NCBI RefSeq assembly: GCF_048593235.1
Contig: NC_133617.1
Span: 393,766,067-393,830,066 of the forward strand
Direction: 5' to 3'
DNA length: 64,000 bases
Origin: Sminthopsis crassicaudata
Lineage: Eukaryota
Shown piece by piece: positions 58,801 through 64,000 of this stretch. The translations under genes and the position numbers were made by a program. Position 1 is the stretch's first letter. Each line of letters opens with the position of its first letter. The notes under the pieces are model-generated. The model did no database searches. It was not told the DNA's origin and was given only the letters and a program-made list of their open reading frames with translations.

Positions 58801-61800
58801 CAAAGTTTGGGGGAGATGGCTTCACTTCATCTTCCAGCACTAAATTTGTGATCCTACGGTGATGTTGGGGTGCTTGAAATGCTCGGTTCTCTCATCTGTA
58901 AAATGGAGGATTTGGACTAAAAAGGCCTCTAGGTCTATGATACTATGGCTGATTCCTTTGGATTATTATTTATTAATTTGATAATAATTTTATTATATTA
59001 TTCTATTTATTATATTATATTGTTAATAATTTAATAATTAACATTATTCTTTTTCTATGGGTTTTTTCTAAGCAACAGACTTCTCTGGGATAGAATTTAG
59101 AGGTCATCTAATTCATATTCCTCATTCTACAAATTAAAAAAAAAATTGAATGCTAAAGTGCCAGCCCTGGAGTCATCTTCCTGAGCTAAAATTACCTGTG
59201 TGATTCTGGGCAAATCACTTAATTCTGTCTTCTGCCTCAGTTTCCTCATCTGTAAAATGAGTTGGAGAAGGAAATGGCAAACCACTCCAACAAAACCCCA
59301 AGGAGGTCACAAATAGTGGAATATAATTGAAATGACTGAACAACCAAAGGCCAACTGCATCATTCTATAGATGAAGAAAATAGGTGAAGGGACTTGCCCA
59401 GCCATGATTTGAAGTCAGGTCACCTGTGTCCAAAGCCAGAACAGTTCTCACTATGCTGTAGAGGTTTGCGTGAGGAATGTAGGATGAATGCAAAGGTTCA
59501 CACGTCAGCCTGATAACTCTCTTGATTCTTGATGAAATTCCTAGAGCAATAGCTCCTCTGTCACTAATCAAAGGGACCTTTCCCCTGCCTCCATGCCATT
59601 TCTTGACTTTTTCAAGCTTTATTGATAGGAACAATGTGGTAAAGTGAAAAGAAAACACTCTCTGAAGTCAGAGAATCCCTATTTAGATCCTGCTTCTGTC
59701 ATCTTTGTAACTTTGCTCAAGCGGCTCTCTGCATCTCCTTTCCCTCTCTTATGAAGAGGAGGTGGGCTTGAATTTTACCTCAGACACTTACTATATGACC
59801 CTGCACAAGTTACTTAACCCTGATTACTTTCCCCAAAAAAGTGACACACCAATATACACGGGACCCTCTTTCCTTTTAGGGGCCCTCTGCCAGCTCAGTG
59901 CCATGAATTCCACCTGCCAACTTTCATTTCCAAAGCCTGAGCTAGATCCACATGCCATGCCTTAAACCCTGTACCCTGAATATGAGGAGGGCTGGAAGAA
60001 TCACCTCAAAAGTTAACAGTTTTGGTCACAACACATAGATAGCTACAAGTGCACACAATTCCTTCCAATCACAAGGGAGAGGGATTTTCTATTCACATCT
60101 CTCACTCTTCTCTGGAACCTACCTTTTCACCTTGGGTTTCTTAGTAACTTTCCTGAGTCAAGATTCCCCCCATCTATTTGGGTGCTTTCCCAAGATCCCC
60201 CCTTGTAGAAAGGGAAACACATAGGCGGGAGAGAGACTCATCATCAACCCATAGCCACCCTCAAGGGCTCATTTATCACCTAGCAGCTGGTATTTGGCAA
60301 ATGGGCCCCTTCGGGAGCATTGGGCAGGGAATTCAGTTCCCTGAGCTCCTGCCCTGCTCTGTAAGCAATTCACATCCAGGACTAGGGGACTAGAGTCTCC
60401 TTATCTCCATGCTTTTCCACAACCCCACTTCTCATCCCTGACAGCCCCGCTCCATTGTCAAGAACACTGGTTCTCAAAGTGTAGGCCAGAGAACCCTGAG
60501 AGTCTTTGACACCTTTTAAGAGGGTCTACACATTCAAAGTTAATTTTTATTTCTAATATGGTAGATAGCTATAACTATAACCCACATACACAAAAATTCT
60601 TTGGACAGATCCTCAATAATTTTCAATTGTATATAAAGATACTGATAACAAAAGTTTGAGAACCACTGGTCTAGAGGTAGAGGTCCTTCTTTTTTTTTAA
60701 CCTGTGGAAACTGAGGCCCACTGGGGAGAAGATGTTTTCCCACGGTCAGTCACACAATGGACCAATATGAAAGAGAGAAATAAAATCCAGGTATTTTGGT
60801 CCCAAATATTTCTCTAGTAAGGAGAGATGTCAACTTTTCTGAATCTGGAAGTGCTAGATAATGTTAGTTATTGTTCTTACATTCAATTTATTTCTCCTTT
60901 TTTCGTTTTGTTGTTTTTTATGTAGCATCTCCTACCCTTTTGTTTCAGAAATGTTAGTTATACTTTGTAAATTAATTAATTAATTTTTTAAAAAAATAAA
61001 GTGCTTCCTTCTCTATTTTTCCTATTAAAAAAAAAGACGTGTTAGTCACTGTGACCACAAATGATTGTCCAACTCCATGGAGTTGGAGGCCTGGAACACT
61101 CAGTAGTTACAATATCCCATTATGTACCCTCAAGTCTCTATTTATGTTGGTTGGATACTAATTATATGTGTCTAACCCTATGTTAGGGAGGGCTTCCTGG
61201 AGGTGAGCCCCCTTAAAGGCACTGGGCATCAGAGCTTGAAATGACAGTGACTAACACGTCTTTTTTTTAATAGGAAAAATAGAGAAGGAAGCACTATATT
61301 TTTTTTAATTAATTAATTAATTAATTTACAAAGTATAAGTAACATTTCTGAAACAAAAGGGTAGGAGATGCTACATAAAAAACAACAAAACGAAAAAAGG
61401 AGAAATAAATTGAATGTAAGAACAATAACTAACATTATCTAGCACTTCCAGATTCAGAAAAGTACTTTGCAAATACTGTTCCCCTTGAGCTTAAACAACC
61501 TTGTTATCATCATCTCCATTTCAGAAGTGGGGAAAGTGAGGCAGAGATTAAGTGACTTGCCCAGAGTCACTTGGCTAGTAAGTGTCTGATGCTTCCTGAG
61601 AGTAGAGGCTGTGTTTCCTCTTCTTCCTTCTTCACCATGACATAGATTCAACCCAGGGAGCTGGGGATCTACAGAATGATTTGGGGACTAAGTTGAGCTG
61701 AATTGATTCAGGAAGATTAAAGAGAAAGGAATTCAGCTCTTGAACTTCCTACTCTACATACATATACATACATATATATAAAATTGTGTAAGATAATTGG

Positions 61801-63661
61801 ACTATAAATTTAGGAAAGGTAAGATATATATGAGGGGCAGCTAGGTACAGAGCTGAAGTCAAAAAGTCTCATCTTCCCAAGTTCAAATTCAGCCTCAGAT
61901 ACTGTGTGATCCTGGGCAAATCACTTAACCTTGTCTGCCTCAGTTTCCTCATCTGTAAAATGAGTCAGTGAAGGAAATGGCAAACTATTCTGCTATCTCT
62001 GCTAAGAAAACCCCAAAAGAGATCACAAAGAGTCAGACATGACTGAACAACAACTGGCAAAAGTGATCGTGGGGGTCACCTAGTCCCATTCCCTCATTCT
62101 ACAGATGGGGAAATTGAGACCCAGTGCGGGAAAGCAATATCATGGCACACACATAGTAAGTGTCATAATTAAATCCACACACTCTGACTTCAAATTCAGT
62201 GCTCTTCCCATTATATTATGTTGCGTCTCTGAGGCATAGTTTGAGGACTTTGGTTCCTTGGGATACTTTTGGATATTGTCTAAAATCTCATCCTTTTTCC
62301 ATTCTATTTTTCCAATAAACTCCAGAGAGAGAACTGTGGAGACTGAATGTGGATCAAAGCATAGTATTTTCATCTTTTTTTGGTTTTGTTTTGTTTTTTT
62401 CATGTTTTTCCTCTTGATCTGATTTTTTTTTTGCGTAGCATGATAAAAATAGAAATATGTTTAGAAGAACTGAAGAACATGTTAACCTAAAAGAAAAGTT
62501 CATCCTTATAGCCTGAGATGGGGGCCTGAAAGTCTAGAGCTAGTCATTCTCCAGGCAGGTGGATAGCTTCCGGAGATAGGGTGGGGAGGGGTCAGGGGCA
62601 TCCTCTGCCACCATATAGAGTAGGATGCCCAGACCCATTCTGTCTATCTCCCTCCTTCTTTGCAGGAGTCATTATTGAACAGGACCAAGGAGGTCATTGA
62701 GATTAGCCTTTCTTTCCTGACCAATGGCAGCGTTTCTGTGACCACGTGGACAGATGTACGGACGTTATTCTATTTCTATTTCCTTCAAAGTAAACTTCTC
62801 CCTACAGAGAACACCGGCTGCCCAGCCTTTCAAGCCATGTGAGTGAGCCATGCATCTCTGGCAGGGTGGGGGTCAGGGGAGGGGGCCCAGTGGCAGGGAT
62901 GGGACAGAGCTTCTCTGGCACACAGTTCCAGCTTCTTCTAGTTGGGAAGAAACGAACAAACTGGTGCTAATCACAGGACAATGATCAAGATGACCACGGA
63001 AGCTTAAAATTTAGGGGGCCCGAAACCATGCTTGTAGGGATCAGTTGAAGGAAGTAGATGTGTTTGGTTAGCTTGGACAAAAGATGAATAAGTGGAAGTT
63101 GCAAGAAGGTGGATTTTAGCACAGGAATTTAAGCTCCTTGAAAATGGATTGCTTTGATTTTCTTTGTACCTTTACATCTAGCAGACAGCAGGAGTTAATA
63201 AACACTTGGTTGGTCAAAATGTAAAGAGAAGCTTCCTAAAAAACAAGAACTGTTCAATAATTACAGAATTGCCTGTCTAGAGTTGTAAAAGACTTTAGAA
63301 GTCACCTAATCCAACACCTTCATTTTACGGATGAGGAAGTCAAGGCTCAGAGAACCGAGGTCATCCAGCAATATCAGAGACAAGATTTGAATTTTAGTTC
63401 TCTAGTTCTAATGCTCTGATCACCACCTCAGACAGTGGATGAGCTTAGGAGGTAGTGAGTGCCACATCTTGTGAAGTGTTCAAGTAAAGGTTAGAGGACC
63501 AGTTGTCAGACACTGTAAAGAGGATTGCTTTTTCAGCTTTAGATCGGACTAGATTGATTTTCTTTGTTCTGCACCTCTCACTTTTAGTGTGAGCAATGGT
63601 CCAAGTATCCTGAAGGGTCGGGAAGAAGAGGTCTATCATCACATCTACTCCTACCTGACTG
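46953..63661 (+). CDS. MSLNL: Large secreted mesothelin-like protein gene (MSLNL position), 5' part: 12 coding exons, 2152 nt / 717 aa, open at the window edge
   Basis: Exons 46953-47001, 47532-48610, 49684-49705, 49803-49830, 51897-51948, 53161-53304, 53629-53825, 56145-56248, 56695-56813, 58520-58630, 62666-62838 and 63588-63661 all have AG/GT borders and join in phase without a stop. The symbol rests on synteny (human order CHTF18, RPUSD1, MSLNL, with MSLNL on the RPUSD1 strand) and on recalled resemblance to repeats of long fish mesothelin-like proteins. The diagnostic mesothelin domain is not in the window. Confidence 0.6.
47501..48651 (+). CDS. Overlapping frame B of the same exon: His/Gln/Arg/Gly/Glu-rich hexapeptide repeat protein
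   Basis: Stop-free from 47458 to TGA 48649-48651. About 34 [GR][ED]Q motifs, ~57 His, ~12 Cys. No in-frame ATG near its start, but the signal exon joins it in phase via the weaker acceptor gtgtag| at 47500. Confidence 0.5.
47532..48610 (+). CDS. MSLNL-like 1079-nt low-complexity exon, frame A (Asn/Thr/Ser/Gly-rich, mucin-like)
   Basis: Strong acceptor ctccttccttgtcttcacccctgctgtacag|. Completes the signal peptide (…CLGLSWAAGNNPT). Open to donor CTG|GTGAGT, phase 0. 17 N-X-S/T sequons counted by hand. Confidence 0.75.
48716..48721 (+). terminator. Candidate intronic poly(A) signal downstream of the large exon
   Basis: AATAAA 65 nt after the frame-B stop and ~100 nt after the frame-A read-through stop. 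A GT-rich stretch (tctgtctggtggtg) follows ~35 nt downstream. Confidence 0.4.
49684..49705 (+). CDS. MSLNL-like 22-nt microexon
   Basis: tccttgtttcttttctctcttag|TGCCGGGATTCTGGGATAAACG|gtgagt. Encodes CRDSGIN + G, phase 0 to 1. Confidence 0.75.
49803..49830 (+). CDS. MSLNL-like 28-nt microexon
   Basis: ttctccccatcag|…CTCAG|gtaagg. (E)TALCRGEL + AG, phase 1 to 2. Only this donor keeps the next exon open. Confidence 0.75.
51897..51948 (+). CDS. MSLNL-like 52-nt exon
   Basis: Follows a (CT)n tract and tctcag|. (S)SGESAENISLRDFICQK, donor AAG|GTGAGT, phase 2 to 0. Confidence 0.75.
53161..53304 (+). CDS. MSLNL-like 144-nt exon
   Basis: tgattcccag|RAQGSPLNREELEVRLSRAKCKDPGIIQTLALIFSYANLKELQDILVQ|gtacct. 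Phase 0 to 0, weak donor. Confidence 0.7.
53629..53825 (+). CDS. MSLNL-like exon, repeat 1 part A
   Basis: tgtttcag|LNGSLCHAATRKALW…WWFQDFLQPFLTSL…LNCKQYQA + TT|gtaggt. 197 nt, phase 0 to 2. Confidence 0.85.
55100..55690 (+). mobile_element. CR1/L3 LINE fragment; similar fragments at ~42330-42950 and ~45000-45600
   Basis: ORF 55246-55629 contains VRTQLEYCFQFWTPHFRKNINKLKCVQK, matching the CR1 RT C-terminal motif (LVRPHLEYCVQFW.P). Confidence 0.8.
55886..56123. repeat. 119-bp tandem duplication following a (GATA)n microsatellite
   Basis: ataggcaggtatgct…cttttctaaaa at 55886 and 56005, with one substitution (gacgatg/gatgatg). Confidence 0.92.
56145..56248 (+). CDS. MSLNL-like exon, repeat 1 part B
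   Basis: gtcccag|(F)VQVLDMEFEGMSQETQEAVYTTFQRPVLTRLNTS + G|gtgagg. 104 nt, phase 2 to 1. Confidence 0.85.
56695..56813 (+). CDS. MSLNL-like exon, repeat 1 part C
   Basis: ctctgccag|(G)LSCVPEANSSTAWLDANLGRFSQYATYEDLVTFNTEFDG|gtaagt. 119 nt, phase 1 to 0. Confidence 0.88.
58520..58630 (+). CDS. MSLNL-like exon, repeat 1 part D
   Basis: cgtccccag|LQVLDQLTLRQLAQLAAARGALNETMVEGFPNNFPRQ|gtaagg. 111 nt, phase 0 to 0. Confidence 0.85.
60465..60668. mobile_element. hAT-Charlie (MER5-like) MITE
   Basis: TIRs CACTGGTTCTCAAAGT / AGTTTGAGAACCACTG. Degenerate NTCTAGAN-type TSD gtcaagaa/gtctagag. Confidence 0.75.
60833..61463. repeat. Long inverted repeat: 220-bp arms (60833-61052, 61244-61463) with a 191-bp spacer
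   Basis: The arms are reverse complements, differing only in homopolymer/(AATT)n lengths and 1-2 substitutions. Confidence 0.95.
62666..62838 (+). CDS. MSLNL-like exon, repeat 2 part A
   Basis: ccttctttgcag|ESLLNRTKEVIE…ENTGCPAFQA + AT|gtgagt. 173 nt, phase 0 to 2, with the same CxxxQA end and phase as 53629-53825. Confidence 0.85.
63588..63661 (+). CDS. MSLNL-like exon, repeat 2 part B
   Basis: ctcacttttag|(I)VSNGPSILKGREEEVYHHIYSYLT + G|gtaagg. 74 nt, phase 2 to 1. EEEVY…LT parallels QEAVY…LT. Confidence 0.8.
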
Positions 63662-64000
63662 GTAAGGCACAGAACTCCTCGGCCTGGGCCTAAAGGGCCC
63701 AGGAACGACAGGGGAACTGGGGAAAGACAGAAATGGTCTCCAAGCCTCCCCTCTCTGTGCCCTGAGCTCCCCAACCACTACCTGACCTCCTCTCTCCCTC
63801 TCCTCCTCTCCTCTAAACTGCTTATGTTATGACATCTGGGGATCCTGCTTTTTGCCAAGTGGTGGAATAATAAGATTTACAACTCAAGTGGACCCTGATG
63901 ATCAATTTGCTAGACTGCTCGTTTTACAGATGAGAAAGCTGAACCTACAAAGTTGGATCAAATGAGATAATCAAGTGAGGGCTTAGCCCAGCCCCTGGCA

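Noticed and set aside
61187-61202. Possible 16-nt poison microexon in the inverted-repeat loop
   Set aside because: CTAAC is too close to the AG, there is no polypyrimidine tract, and the sequence resembles a common L2 remnant (ggcttcctggagg).

Overview
Mammalian, almost certainly marsupial, genomic DNA. A dasyurid is likely, given WSINE1/Mar1-type SINEs, marsupial L1 ends and an OC1-type hAT MITE. The region is syntenic with human 16p13.3. It contains the first two coding exons of CHTF18 (minus strand), head-to-head across a CpG-island bidirectional promoter with a complete RPUSD1 (5 coding exons, 303 aa, plus strand). A ~27 kb repeat-rich spacer follows, with a decayed C2H2 zinc-finger array, LTRs and a 280-nt N gap. 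From ~46 kb lies the 5' part of a large secreted-protein gene at the MSLNL position. I reconstructed 12 phase-compatible coding exons (717 aa, no stop, continuing past the window): a signal peptide, a 1.08-kb low-complexity exon, then a duplicated 4-exon module. Best lead: the 1.08-kb exon is open in two frames, one N/T/S/G-rich and sequon-rich, the other His/Gln/Arg-rich (xHHREQ/xxHGEQ hexapeptides). Codon patterns suggest selection on the second frame. An alternative acceptor, a 22-nt microexon and an intronic poly(A) signal could express both. Also notable is a 220-bp near-perfect intronic inverted repeat. All gene models were deduced by hand from splice signals and reading frame, without database searches. 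Repeat boundaries are approximate unless TSD/TIR-defined.
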